Position numbers and translations under genes: made by a program. Under the pieces are notes generated by a model, which saw only the letters and a list, made by a program, of their open reading frames with translations, searched no databases and had not been told where the DNA came from. Below, piece by piece: positions 35,086 through 45,262 of a DNA stretch of 64,000 nt. This DNA is from an uncultured Pelagibacteraceae bacterium (GTDB lineage: Bacteria; Pseudomonadota; Alphaproteobacteria; Pelagibacterales; Pelagibacteraceae). Position 1 is the stretch's first letter. Each line of letters begins with the position of its first letter. Where the stretch lies: NCBI GenBank assembly GCA_902634235.1, contig CACPJN010000003.1:25868-89867 (forward strand), written 5' to 3'.

Positions 35086-37744
35086 GTTAATTTTAAATTT
35101 TACGTCTAAAGACTCAAAAAAAATTAAAAATCCCAAAAATTTTTTAGGTGGCAAAGGTGCCAATTTATCTGAAATGGGAAGAATGGGACTTCCAGTTCCA
35201 CCTGGATTTACAATTTCAACAAAAGTGTGTGAAATTTTTTTTAAAGATAAAAAAAAATTAAATTCAAAATTAATAAAACAAATTAAAATAGAATTAAAAG
35301 TAATTGAAAAAGATGTTAAAAAAAAATTTGGTGATCTAAAAAATCCTCTTTTACTTTCAGTCAGATCTGGTGCAAGAGTTTCAATGCCAGGAATGATGGA
35401 TACCATTCTTAATCTTGGCTTAAATGACAAAACAGTTATAGCTCTTGCGAATAAAACCCAAAATGGAAGATTTGCGAAAGATAGTTATAGGAGATTTATT
35501 CAGATGTATGGCAATGTGGTTATGGGTGTTGAAAGCTATCACTTTGAGGAGTTGATAGAAAATTATAAGCTAACAAAAGGTGTTTTATTAGATACAGATT
35601 TAAATGAACAGGATTGGGATGGTTTAATTAAAGATTTTAAAAAAACTGTAAAAGAAAAAACTAATAAGGATTTTCCTCAAAATGTTGATGAACAATTACT
35701 CGGTGCGATTAGTGCAGTATTTTTATCATGGGAAAGCAATAGAGCAAAAGTTTATAGAAAAATAAATCAAATACCTTCAGAGTGGGGAACGGCAGTCAAT
35801 GTACAGTCTATGGTGTTTGGAAACATGGGTAATGATTGTGCAACTGGAGTTGTTTTCACACGAAATCCATCTGATGGTTTGAATGATATTTATGGAGAAT
35901 ATCTCATTAATGCTCAAGGAGAGGATGTTGTAGCAGGAACTCGAACCCCACAATATATAACTATAAAGGCAAAGAAAGAGGCTAAGGCAAAGGAAATGTC
36001 TATGGAAGAGTCTATGCCGCAAGTTTATTTAGAACTTTTTAAGATTTTAAAAAAATTAGAAAAACATTACAAAGATATGCAAGATGTAGAGTTTACAGTG
36101 GAAAATAAAAAACTCTGGATTCTGCAAACACGTTCTGGAAAAAGAACTTCTAAATCAGCAGTTAAAATTGCAGTTGATATGGTTAAAGAAAAATTAATTT
36201 CAAAAAAAGAGGCTGTACTAAGAATTGATCCAAATTCTCTAGATACTCTTTTACATCCCACTTTAGATGAAAAAAGTCCAATAAAAACAATTGCAAACGG
36301 TCTCCCAGCCTCCCCAGGTGCCGCTAGTGGTAAAGTAGTTTTTACCTCTGAAGAAGCTGAAAGATTAAATAATATGATGCAAGATACTATTTTAGTAAGA
36401 GTGGAAACATCTCCAGAAGATATTCAAGGCATGCATGCAGCCAAAGGAATTTTGACAGCAAGAGGCGGTATGACAAGTCATGCAGCGGTGGTTGCCAGAG
36501 GTATGGGAAGACCTTGTGTTTCCGGATCAAGTGAAATTGATATAAATTATGAACAGAAAATTTTTAAAACGCAGTCTACTGAAGTTAAAGAAGGAGATGT
36601 GATTACTATAGATGGTTCTTCTGGAAGAATTATTTTAGGAAATGTTCCTACAATAAAACCCGAGATTTCTGGAGATTTTTCAAAACTAATGGAATGGGCG
36701 GATAAAATCAGAAAATTAAAAGTGAGGACAAATTCTGAAACACCTTTAGATACTCAAACAGCAAGAGATTTTGGTGCTGAAGGGATTGGCCTTTGTAGAA
36801 CTGAACACATGTTCTTTGATGAAGAAAGAATTTTATCTGTAAGAGAAATGATTTTATCTAAAACTCAAGAAGATAGATCAAGAGCTCTGCAAAAGCTTCT
36901 ACCTCATCAGAGGAAAGATTTCATAGAAATATTTAAGATAATGCAAGGTCTTCCTGTAACAGTGCGGTTACTTGATCCTCCTTTACATGAATTTTTACCT
37001 AAATCAAAAAAAGAAATTTCTGAGGTTGCTAATGTAGTAGGAACAGATATCAAAGAAGTTGAGTCAAGAATAGAGGAGCTTCATGAGCAGAACCCTATGT
37101 TAGGTCATAGAGGTTGTAGATTAGGAATATCTTTTCCAGAAATATATGAAATGCAATGTAGGGCAATTTTTGAGGCCTTAACCGATCTCAAAAAAAATAA
37201 GCAGAAAAGTGCTTTACCTGAAATAATGATCCCACTAGTTTCAACCGAGGCAGAAATCAAGATAATGAGAGATTTAGTGGTTAATATTGCAAAAAAAGTT
37301 CAAGACGAAAATAAAATAAAGATTGAATTTTTAGTTGGCACAATGATAGAATTACCCAGAGCTGCAATAAAAGCCAAAGATATTGCTAAACATGCAGAAT
37401 TTTTTAGTTTTGGGACAAATGATTTAACACAAACCACTTTTGGTATAAGCAGAGATGATAGTGGTAAATTCTTAAATGATTATATTGACAATAAAATTTT
37501 TACTATAGATCCTTTTGTGTCTATTGATGATGGTGTAAAAGATTTGGTGGAAATAGCAGTAGAAAAGGGAAAAAAACAAAATAAAAAAATTAAATTAGGT
37601 ATTTGTGGAGAACACGGGGGAGATCCTGAAAGCATTGATTTTTGCTCAAAAGCAGGTTTAAACTATGTATCGTGCTCACCCTATAGAGTGCCAATTGCAA
37701 GATTGGCGGCAGCTCAAGCTGAGATTAAGAAATATAAAAATTAA
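35078..37744 (+). CDS. ppdK: Pyruvate, phosphate dikinase
   Basis: LGGKGANL, SVRSGA, GGMTSHAAVVAR (phospho-His), SFGTNDLTQ and GICGEHGG. Confidence 0.98.
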   Translation: MNKLILNFTSKDSKKIKNPKNFLGGKGANLSEMGRMGLPVPPGFTISTKVCEIFFKDKKKLNSKLIKQIKIELKVIEKDVKKKFGDLKNPLLLSVRSGARVSMPGMMDTILNLGLNDKTVIALANKTQNGRFAKDSYRRFIQMYGNVVMGVESYHFEELIENYKLTKGVLLDTDLNEQDWDGLIKDFKKTVKEKTNKDFPQNVDEQLLGAISAVFLSWESNRAKVYRKINQIPSEWGTAVNVQSMVFGNMGNDCATGVVFTRNPSDGLNDIYGEYLINAQGEDVVAGTRTPQYITIKAKKEAKAKEMSMEESMPQVYLELFKILKKLEKHYKDMQDVEFTVENKKLWILQTRSGKRTSKSAVKIAVDMVKEKLISKKEAVLRIDPNSLDTLLHPTLDEKSPIKTIANGLPASPGAASGKVVFTSEEAERLNNMMQDTILVRVETSPEDIQGMHAAKGILTARGGMTSHAAVVARGMGRPCVSGSSEIDINYEQKIFKTQSTEVKEGDVITIDGSSGRIILGNVPTIKPEISGDFSKLMEWADKIRKLKVRTNSETPLDTQTARDFGAEGIGLCRTEHMFFDEERILSVREMILSKTQEDRSRALQKLLPHQRKDFIEIFKIMQGLPVTVRLLDPPLHEFLPKSKKEISEVANVVGTDIKEVESRIEELHEQNPMLGHRGCRLGISFPEIYEMQCRAIFEALTDLKKNKQKSALPEIMIPLVSTEAEIKIMRDLVVNIAKKVQDENKIKIEFLVGTMIELPRAAIKAKDIAKHAEFFSFGTNDLTQTTFGISRDDSGKFLNDYIDNKIFTIDPFVSIDDGVKDLVEIAVEKGKKQNKKIKLGICGEHGGDPESIDFCSKAGLNYVSCSPYRVPIARLAAAQAEIKKYKN

Positions 37745-37755
37745 AAACTGATAAA

Positions 37756-38589
37756 CTAGACTTCTAATTTAAAATCTATAGCTGGAGCACTATGAGTAAT
37801 GCTTCCAATAGAAATTCTATTTACTCCAGTTTCGGCAACTAATTTGATATTTTTAAAACTTATATTTCCTGAAGCTTCTGTTTCATAATATTTTTTTACA
37901 AGCTTTACACCTTTTCTAAGATTTTTAATATTCATGTTATCAAACAAAATGGTATCAAATTTGAGCCCGATAATATCTCTAAGTTGTTTTAAATTATCTA
38001 TCTCAACAGTAATTTTTTTTCCTTTTTTATTTTTTATTGCTAAAGAAACTAATTCTCTTAAGTTAGAACTAGAAACATGATTATCTTTTATCAAAAATTC
38101 GTCGCTTAAATTAAATCTATGATTGATACCACCTCCTAATTTTACAGCATATTTCTGAATAACTCTGTAATTTGGTAATGTTTTTCTAGTACAACAAATT
38201 TTACATTTCTTACCGACTATTTTTACAAACTTATTTGTTTTCGTAGCTATACCAGAAATATGTGATAAAAAATTTAAAGCAACTCTTTCAGCAACTAATA
38301 TTGAATTAGCTTTACCTTTTACAGTTGCTATAACAGAATTTTTTTTAACTGTGGAACCATCTTTTTTTTTTAAAACAAATTTAATTTTTTTATCAATTTG
38401 ATTAAAAGAATATTTTGCAAAAAGTAAACCTGCTACAATTGCTTTTTGATTAGAAATTATTTTCGCTTCAATAATTTTATTGTTTTTTAAAAGTTTGGAA
38501 GTTATATCCCCATAAGGGTATAAGTCTTCAGTAAGAGCTAATTTTACTCTGTCTTTAATGAAAGCTTCACTCAATTTAATTTTTGACAC
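37756..38589 (-). CDS. nadC: Quinolinate phosphoribosyltransferase
   Basis: ERVALN, SGIAT, TRKT, NHRF, LIKDNH and EASG. Confidence 0.95.
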   Translation of the reverse strand: MSKIKLSEAFIKDRVKLALTEDLYPYGDITSKLLKNNKIIEAKIISNQKAIVAGLLFAKYSFNQIDKKIKFVLKKKDGSTVKKNSVIATVKGKANSILVAERVALNFLSHISGIATKTNKFVKIVGKKCKICCTRKTLPNYRVIQKYAVKLGGGINHRFNLSDEFLIKDNHVSSSNLRELVSLAIKNKKGKKITVEIDNLKQLRDIIGLKFDTILFDNMNIKNLRKGVKLVKKYYETEASGNISFKNIKLVAETGVNRISIGSITHSAPAIDFKLEV

Positions 38590-38595
38590 AAGATG

Positions 38596-39585
38596 TTATC
38601 TACCGATAGCAACCATTTTTTCAACTGACAATCTAGCTTTGTTGATTGTTTCTTTGTCCATAATAATTTCACCTGTTTCATTTTGTAAACAGTCTAAAAT
38701 TTTTGGCAGAGTTATCTTTTTCATATGTGGACACATATTGCATGGTCTTATAAATTCTACGTTAGGATTTTCTACTTGAATGTTATCACTCATCGAGCAT
38801 TCAGTAACCATCATAACTTTTTTTGGTTGGTTTTTTTTTACATAATCAATCATACCGGAAGTGGAGCCTGCAAAATCACTAGCTTTGATAACATCTGGTG
38901 GACACTCTGGATGCGCAATTATCTTAATACCTGGATTATTCTTTCTTATATTATTTATATCTTTTACATTAAATTGATCATGAACAATGCAAATCCCTTT
39001 CCAAGATATGATTTTAACATCAGTTTGTGATGCAACATATTTAGCTAAATAGTCGTCTGGTAAAAAAATTACTTCTTTAACTCCTAAAGACTTTACAATT
39101 TTTACAGCGTTAGCAGAAGTACAACAAACATCTGTCTCAGCTTTTACATCAGCTGAGGTATTAACATATGATACAACAGGAACACCTGGATATTTTTCTT
39201 TTAATAGTCTTACATCCTTTCCTGTAATAGACGAAGATAGAGAACAACCAGCTTTCATGTCAGGTAACAAAACTTTTTTATTTGGGCTCATCAGTTTTGC
39301 TGTTTCTGCCATAAAATGTACACCGGCCATCACAATTATATCAGCAGAAGTTTTTGATGCTTCAACTGCAAGAGCCAAAGAATCTGCAGAAAAATCTGCT
39401 ATGCCATGATAGATTTCAGGGGTTTGATAATTGTGAGCAAGGATAACAGCATTTTTCTCTTTTTTTAATTTATTAATTTTATGTATGTAAGGAGCATGAA
39501 TGGACCACTCAATCTCAGGTACGACCTTTGATATTTTTTGGTAAATTTGATCTGTAGCTTTTTTAACCTCTTGATTAAATTCCAT
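38596..39585 (-). CDS. nadA: Quinolinate synthase
   Basis: ILAHNYQ, GVHFMAE, AGCS, YVNTSA, AHPEC and CPHMK; probable ATG start at 39585. Confidence 0.96.
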   Translation of the reverse strand: MEFNQEVKKATDQIYQKISKVVPEIEWSIHAPYIHKINKLKKEKNAVILAHNYQTPEIYHGIADFSADSLALAVEASKTSADIIVMAGVHFMAETAKLMSPNKKVLLPDMKAGCSLSSSITGKDVRLLKEKYPGVPVVSYVNTSADVKAETDVCCTSANAVKIVKSLGVKEVIFLPDDYLAKYVASQTDVKIISWKGICIVHDQFNVKDINNIRKNNPGIKIIAHPECPPDVIKASDFAGSTSGMIDYVKKNQPKKVMMVTECSMSDNIQVENPNVEFIRPCNMCPHMKKITLPKILDCLQNETGEIIMDKETINKARLSVEKMVAIGR

Positions 39586-39641
39586 GATAAAATTTATCAA
39601 TTTGAAACCTACTTGTCATTGATTTAATGTGGGTCATATTT

Positions 39642-39727
39642 GCGGCCATGCTGAAATTGGTAGACAGGCACGGTTGAGGGCCGTGTGGACCTGGTCCATG
39701 AGAGTTCGAGTCTCTCTGGCCGCACCA
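39642..39727 (+). tRNA. tRNA-Leu, anticodon GAG
   Basis: GCGGCCA/TGGCCGC acceptor stem, CACGG-TTGAGGG-CCGTG anticodon arm, long variable arm, GTTCGAG, CCA end. Confidence 0.95.
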
Positions 39728-39732
39728 AAAAC

Positions 39733-40635
39733 TCAAATTTTAAGCCATTGAGGTATTAAGATTTTGAATGAGCCATTTTTACTTTTAAAAATATGATTTT
39801 TATCAAAATTTTTATTAAGATATTTTATTAGTCCAAAAGGATATTCATCAATTATAAGAATTTTTCCTATTTCAACGTCATTATTATATATTATTTCATT
39901 TTCAAAAAGGTCTCCTTTAATGACTTCTATTGGCAACAATCTTTTAGATAATTTATTTTTTAATTTTATTCTTGCGGTATTTTCCTGACCAACATAACAA
40001 CCTTTTTTAAAGTCAATACCGTTTAGTTCTTCATAATTACACTCAATACCAAATAGTTTATTTTTTAGTTGATTCAAGTTTTTTGGCACAACACCGAGTT
40101 TATGGCTTCTAGCATAATAGTTTTCAACTTTATCATCTTTAAGACCTAATTTTTTGAGGGATAAATAAAGTTTTTCTAAGTTTATTATTAGTCTTGCACC
40201 TAAATCTTTATTTCTTGGATCTAAAATGATCGGATCTTCTCTATATTTAAATGTAAAACCTAAAATATCTTTTGAACCATCAACTGAAAGATATTTTTCA
40301 TATCCAATACTTGCAACAACAAATTCGTTACTTAAATTTAAAATTTCAACTTTAGATCTAATTTTATAAACATTCAATTGTCTCAATATTTCCTCAGATT
40401 GATCTTTTTCACAGTCAATGAAGTAACCTGTCTTGTGTTTAACAACTATAAATTCATAAAGAAATTTTCCTTGTGGTGTTAATAATGAAGCAAAACAACT
40501 TGAATTGTCTGTTACTTTGTTAATATCATTACTAATCAAATTTTGGAGAAAATCCTTAGCATCTAGACCATTTACATAAAGTATGGATCTGTTGTTAAGT
40601 ATAAAAACGCTGTTTTTCTTGTTTGCATCATTCAT
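39733..40635 (-). CDS. ygfZ: Folate-binding Fe-S maturation protein YgfZ
   Basis: GLDAKDFLQ, LTPQGK and the signature KGCYVGQE. Confidence 0.92.
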   Translation of the reverse strand: MNDANKKNSVFILNNRSILYVNGLDAKDFLQNLISNDINKVTDNSSCFASLLTPQGKFLYEFIVVKHKTGYFIDCEKDQSEEILRQLNVYKIRSKVEILNLSNEFVVASIGYEKYLSVDGSKDILGFTFKYREDPIILDPRNKDLGARLIINLEKLYLSLKKLGLKDDKVENYYARSHKLGVVPKNLNQLKNKLFGIECNYEELNGIDFKKGCYVGQENTARIKLKNKLSKRLLPIEVIKGDLFENEIIYNNDVEIGKILIIDEYPFGLIKYLNKNFDKNHIFKSKNGSFKILIPQWLKI

Positions 40636-40663
40636 TCATTTATTATAATTACTTTTTTTTAAA

Positions 40664-41971
40664 ATGTTAGATCTCATAATAAAAAATGGAAAATGTTATA
40701 TTGACGGGCAACTCAAGGATGTGAATATTAGCGTAAAAGATGGAAAAATTCAAAAGATTGGTCAAATCACTGAAGATGCTAAAGACACTATAAATGCCAC
40801 AGGCCTTATTGTTTTGCCAGGCTGCATGGACACTCAAACTCATTTTAGAGAGCCAGGATCAACCGATACAGAAGATCTACACTCAGGTAGCAGAGCTGCT
40901 ATTGTTGGAGGGATAACATCAGTTTTTGAAATGCCAAATACCAATCCCCCAACATCAACTAAAAAAGAATTTCAAAGAAAATTAGATCTAGCAAAAAATA
41001 GAATGTATTGTAATTATGCCTTTTACTTTGGCGCAACAGCAGATAATGCAAACGAATTAGCGGATTTAAAAAATTTAGAAGGTTGTTGTGGAATCAAACT
41101 TTTTGCTGGCTCTTCAACAGGAAATCTTTTAGTTGCGGATGAAAAAGATATTGAAGTAGTTTTTCAAAATAGTTCTAAGGTTGTTGCTGTCCATTCCGAG
41201 GATGAGGCAATTTTAAGTATCAATAAAAAGTTAATTAGAAAAGGAGATGTACATTCCCATCCTATTTGGAGAAGTGATGAGTGTGCAATGTCCTCAACAA
41301 GGAGAATAGTTCGTATTGCAAACCGTTATAATAAAAAAGCTCACGTGCTTCATATTTCAACAAAGCAAGAGATTGATTTCTTAGCTCAACATAAAGGGAA
41401 TATTACTTTTGAGATTACCCCACAGCATCTCACAATATATGCACCTGATTGTTATGATAAACTTGGCACGTACGCTCAAATGAATCCTCCGATAAGAGAT
41501 AAATCCCATTATGATAGATTATGGTATGCAGTTAAAAACAATTTAAATGATACTATTGGTTCAGATCATGCACCACATTTAAAAGTAAATAAAGATAAAG
41601 AATATCCAAATTCACCATCAGGGATGCCTGGTGTGCAAACTTTAATGCCGGTTATGCTAAATCATATTAACAAGGGTAAATTAACTTTAAAACAACTAAT
41701 AAATTTTGTTTGTGAAAATCCAGTAAAAATTTTTGGAATAAGGGACAAAGGATTTATAAAAGAGGGCTTTGATGCTGACTTTACAATTGTTGATATGAAT
41801 AAAAAAATCACTATTAAAAACGAAAATATTGAGAGTAAATGTGGATGGTCTCCTTTTGATAGTGTTGAATTTAAAGGCACCCCAGTTTCAACTATTATTG
41901 CAGGGAAAATAAAGATGAATGATGGTAAAATTTTAGGAGATCCAGATGGAACTCCCTTAAAATTTAATTAA
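40664..41971 (+). CDS. pyrC: Dihydroorotase
   Basis: QTHFREPG, EMPNT, VHSED, MNPPIR and GSDHAPH. Confidence 0.9.
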   Translation: MLDLIIKNGKCYIDGQLKDVNISVKDGKIQKIGQITEDAKDTINATGLIVLPGCMDTQTHFREPGSTDTEDLHSGSRAAIVGGITSVFEMPNTNPPTSTKKEFQRKLDLAKNRMYCNYAFYFGATADNANELADLKNLEGCCGIKLFAGSSTGNLLVADEKDIEVVFQNSSKVVAVHSEDEAILSINKKLIRKGDVHSHPIWRSDECAMSSTRRIVRIANRYNKKAHVLHISTKQEIDFLAQHKGNITFEITPQHLTIYAPDCYDKLGTYAQMNPPIRDKSHYDRLWYAVKNNLNDTIGSDHAPHLKVNKDKEYPNSPSGMPGVQTLMPVMLNHINKGKLTLKQLINFVCENPVKIFGIRDKGFIKEGFDADFTIVDMNKKITIKNENIESKCGWSPFDSVEFKGTPVSTIIAGKIKMNDGKILGDPDGTPLKFN

Positions 41972-42296
41972 GTTTTATTGTAAAGCTGTTCACAAGCACA
42001 ACACCAATAACAATTAGAAAAAGCCCCAGAATTGCTTGCCACGCTAATGTTTGTTTAAAAAATATATAACCTAGTATTGCAATAGTAAATATTCCAAGTC
42101 CACTCCAAGTAGCATATACAATCGCAATAGGAAGCTTATTAACTACAAATGTAAGTAGATAAAAGGCACTTAAGTAAAAAATTGCTAATAAAACCGTGGG
42201 AATTAGCCTTGTAAAGTTTTGGGATAAGGGCAGCAGCATTGTACCTGCTACTTCACAAAAAATCGCTCCTATTAAAAAAAAATATGTTTTAGCCAC
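41964..42296 (-). CDS. SMR/DMT family small multidrug transporter
   Basis: 110 aa, four TMs, membrane Glu in AIFCEVAGT, YATWSGLG. Confidence 0.88.
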   Translation of the reverse strand: MAKTYFFLIGAIFCEVAGTMLLPLSQNFTRLIPTVLLAIFYLSAFYLLTFVVNKLPIAIVYATWSGLGIFTIAILGYIFFKQTLAWQAILGLFLIVIGVVLVNSFTIKLN

Positions 42297-44190
42297 TTTT
42301 TAAAATATTATTTTTGATAAGATCCTCTTTGATCTCACTTAAAATTGCTGGATCATCTATCGTAGGTGGCATTTTGTACTCAACATTATCTGCGATTTTT
42401 CTTATAGTTCCTCTTAGTATTTTTCCAGATCGTGTTTTTGGAAGTCTTTTGATAACTATCGCAACCTTAAATGCAGCTACAGGACCAATTTTATCTCTTA
42501 CCATTTTAATACATTCTTTGGATATCGTTTCATTATCTTTATCAACACCTGCCTTTAAAACAATCAAACCTATAGGTAATTGCCCTTTTAATTTATCAGC
42601 AATTCCAAGAACTGCACATTCTGCTACTGACTGATGTTCAGATAAAACTTCTTCAATTGCACCAGTTGATAATCTATGGCCAGCAACATTTATGATATCG
42701 TCTGTTCTAGACATAATCCAAATATATCCATCTTCATCAATGTGTCCGGCATCATAAGTTTGATAGTAACCATCATAGTTTGACATATAATTTTCTTTGT
42801 ACCTTTGATCTGCATTCCATAGAGTGGGAAAGGTACCTGGAGGCAAAGGAAGTTTTACTACTATATCTCCCATTTCATTAGGTTTAGCTAAGGTTTGATC
42901 TGATTTTATAACTTTAACATCATAACCCGGTACAGCTTTGCAAGCAGAACCATATTTTGTTTTCATCATTTCAATTCCTGTGCAATTAGAGCTAATTGCC
43001 CAGCTTGTTTCTGTTTGCCACCAATGATCAATTACTGGTACATTTAATAAATTTTCTGCCCACTTGATTGTATCAGGATCCGCTCTTTCCCCTGCAAGGA
43101 ATAGACTTTCAAAATTTGAAAGATCATATTTAGAAAAAAATTTACCCTCAGGGTCTTCCTTTTTAATTGCTCTAAAAGCGGTTGGTGCAGTAAAAAGAGA
43201 CTTTACTTTGTAGTCAGATATAATTTTCCAGAAAGCTCCTGCATCAGGTGTACCAACTGGCTTTCCTTCAAACAATACTGTTGTGCATCCTTTAAATAAT
43301 GGTGCGTATACGATATATGAATGACCAACAATCCATCCAATATCACTAGCAGACCACCAAATATCACCTTCATCAATATTGTAAATATTTTTCATTGTCC
43401 ATTTTAAAGCTACAATGTGCCCTCCAATGTCTCTTACTATTCCTTTAGGTGTACCTGTTGTACCCGAGGTGTATAGTATATAGGCAAACTCATTGGAATT
43501 CATCTCAATACAATCAGTATCTTTAGCATCAGCTAATGCTTCCTCCCAACTAATTTCATTGGGTGCATTTAATTTTGCCTCATGACCTTTTCTTTGAAAT
43601 AAAATCATTTTACTTATTTTATGACTTGCCAGTTTGATAGCTTCATCTACTAATGGTTTGTACTCAACTGTTCTACCTGGCTCAAAACCACACGAGGCTG
43701 TCACAAGAATTTTTGCTTTACTGTCATCTATCCTGCTTGCAAGTTCATTTGATGCGAATCCACCAAACACAACTGAGTGAATAGCTCCAATTCTCCCACA
43801 AGCGAGCATTGCAATGACCGCTTCGGGTATCATCGGCATGTAAATTATTACTCTATCGCCTTTACTAATACCTTGATTTGTTAACACTCCTGCAAATTTG
43901 GAAACTCTTGATCTTAATTCCTCATATGTAAGTTTACTTTTGTTTCCTGTGATGGGACTATCATAAATTAGTGCAGTTTTTTTACCTTGGCCTTTATCTA
44001 TGTGGACATCTAATGCATTGTAGCAAGTGTTTGTAACCCCGTCTTCAAACCATTTATAAAAAGGAGGGTTTGATTTGTTTAAAATTTTTGAGGGTTTTTT
44101 AAACCAAAAGATATCCTCAGATGCTTCTCTCCAAAAATTCTTTGGATCCTCAATCGATTTTTTATAAATTTCCTTGAATTTATCTGACAT
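42289..44190 (-). CDS. prpE: Propionyl-CoA (acrylyl-CoA) synthetase
   Basis: YTSGTTGTPKG, DHWWQTET, GRTVEYKPL, AGHRLSTG and PKTRSGKILR. Confidence 0.88.
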   Translation of the reverse strand: MSDKFKEIYKKSIEDPKNFWREASEDIFWFKKPSKILNKSNPPFYKWFEDGVTNTCYNALDVHIDKGQGKKTALIYDSPITGNKSKLTYEELRSRVSKFAGVLTNQGISKGDRVIIYMPMIPEAVIAMLACGRIGAIHSVVFGGFASNELASRIDDSKAKILVTASCGFEPGRTVEYKPLVDEAIKLASHKISKMILFQRKGHEAKLNAPNEISWEEALADAKDTDCIEMNSNEFAYILYTSGTTGTPKGIVRDIGGHIVALKWTMKNIYNIDEGDIWWSASDIGWIVGHSYIVYAPLFKGCTTVLFEGKPVGTPDAGAFWKIISDYKVKSLFTAPTAFRAIKKEDPEGKFFSKYDLSNFESLFLAGERADPDTIKWAENLLNVPVIDHWWQTETSWAISSNCTGIEMMKTKYGSACKAVPGYDVKVIKSDQTLAKPNEMGDIVVKLPLPPGTFPTLWNADQRYKENYMSNYDGYYQTYDAGHIDEDGYIWIMSRTDDIINVAGHRLSTGAIEEVLSEHQSVAECAVLGIADKLKGQLPIGLIVLKAGVDKDNETISKECIKMVRDKIGPVAAFKVAIVIKRLPKTRSGKILRGTIRKIADNVEYKMPPTIDDPAILSEIKEDLIKNNILKSG

Positions 44191-44335
44191 TATAATGTTG
44201 ATTCGTTTGTTAATTTATTGTGGTTTTTAAATCACAAATTGTATTTAATTTTAAAAAATGAGTAAAATCAATGCTTATTAATGATAATTTTGTCTTCTAA
44301 TACCCGTATTAATTTGGTATTTAACGCACAACTTT

Positions 44336-44355
44336 GGCTTAGGGAAGCCTAAGCC
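44336..44355 (+). promoter_or_regulatory. Perfect hairpin in the proteorhodopsin 5' leader
   Basis: GGCTTAGG-GAAG-CCTAAGCC, just downstream of a TG-N-TATTTA extended -10 candidate (44315-44323). Confidence 0.6.
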
Positions 44356-44406
44356 TAGTTTATATAAACTAAACAAAGTAAAAACTAACTAAAGAGGGAG
44401 TTTTTT

Positions 44407-45183
44407 ATGAAAAAACTTAAACTGTTTGCTCTAGCAGCGTTAGCCCTAGTGGGTTATGCAGGTGTTGCTAATGCAGCAGACGCAACGATGTTAGCTCAGG
44501 ATGACTTTGTTGGAATATCTTTTTGGATAATTTCAATGGGTATGTTAGCGAGTACAGCTTTCTTCTTCATGGAGAGAGGTACTGTTAACCCTGCGTGGAA
44601 AACATCAGTAACTGTTGCAGGTCTTGTAACTGGTATTGCTTTCATTCACTACATGTATATGAGAGAAGTATGGGTTGCTACAGGTGACTCACCAACAGTA
44701 TATAGATATATTGACTGGTTAATTACTGTGCCATTACAGATGGTAGAATTCTACTTAATATTAGTAGCAGTAAGAAAAGCAAATTCTGGAATGTTCTGGA
44801 GATTGTTAATCGGTTCATTAGTAATGTTAATCGGAGGATACTTAGGAGAAGCTGGATACATCAACGCTACACTTGGTTTTGTAATCGGTATGGCAGGTTG
44901 GGTATACATTCTTTATGAAATATTCTCTGGTGAAGCTGGAAGAGCTGCCGCTAAAAGCGGAAACAAAGCTCTTGTAACAGCGTTCGGTGCGATGAGAATG
45001 ATCGTAACAGTAGGTTGGGCAATTTACCCATTAGGTTATGTATTTGGTTACCTAACAGGTGGTGTAGATGCTAACTCACTAAACGTTGTTTACAACTTAG
45101 CTGACTTCATTAACAAAATTGCATTCGGTCTAGTAATCTGGGCTGCTGCAATGAGTTCTGGAGCTGGCTCAAGAGCAAGATAA
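44407..45183 (+). CDS. Proteorhodopsin, blue-absorbing type
   Basis: Signal peptide, helix [16 protein letters not shown] (DTE motif, Gln at the tuning site), retinal Lys in LADFINK, GGGAG RBS. Confidence 0.97.
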   Translation: MKKLKLFALAALALVGYAGVANAADATMLAQDDFVGISFWIISMGMLASTAFFFMERGTVNPAWKTSVTVAGLVTGIAFIHYMYMREVWVATGDSPTVYRYIDWLITVPLQMVEFYLILVAVRKANSGMFWRLLIGSLVMLIGGYLGEAGYINATLGFVIGMAGWVYILYEIFSGEAGRAAAKSGNKALVTAFGAMRMIVTVGWAIYPLGYVFGYLTGGVDANSLNVVYNLADFINKIAFGLVIWAAAMSSGAGSRAR

Positions 45184-45202
45184 TTACTATTTAAATAAAT
45201 TT

Positions 45203-45243
45203 ATAGGGCGAGTATGTTTTTACATACTTGCCCTATTTTTTTT
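45203..45243 (+). terminator. Rho-independent terminator after proteorhodopsin
   Basis: ATAGGGCGAGTATGT...ACATACTTGCCCTAT stem followed by a T run. Confidence 0.88.
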
Positions 45244-45262
45244 GATCCCTATATTTAACTTT

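Noticed and set aside
40820-40860. Dihydroorotase QTH instead of the HxH metal motif suggesting inactivity
   Set aside because: QxHFREPG is seen in an established alphaproteobacterial dihydroorotase subgroup, and the other ligand motifs are intact.
44407-45183. Absence of retinal synthesis genes (blh, crt) beside the rhodopsin
   Set aside because: These genes are often unlinked, and the window cannot show genome-wide absence.
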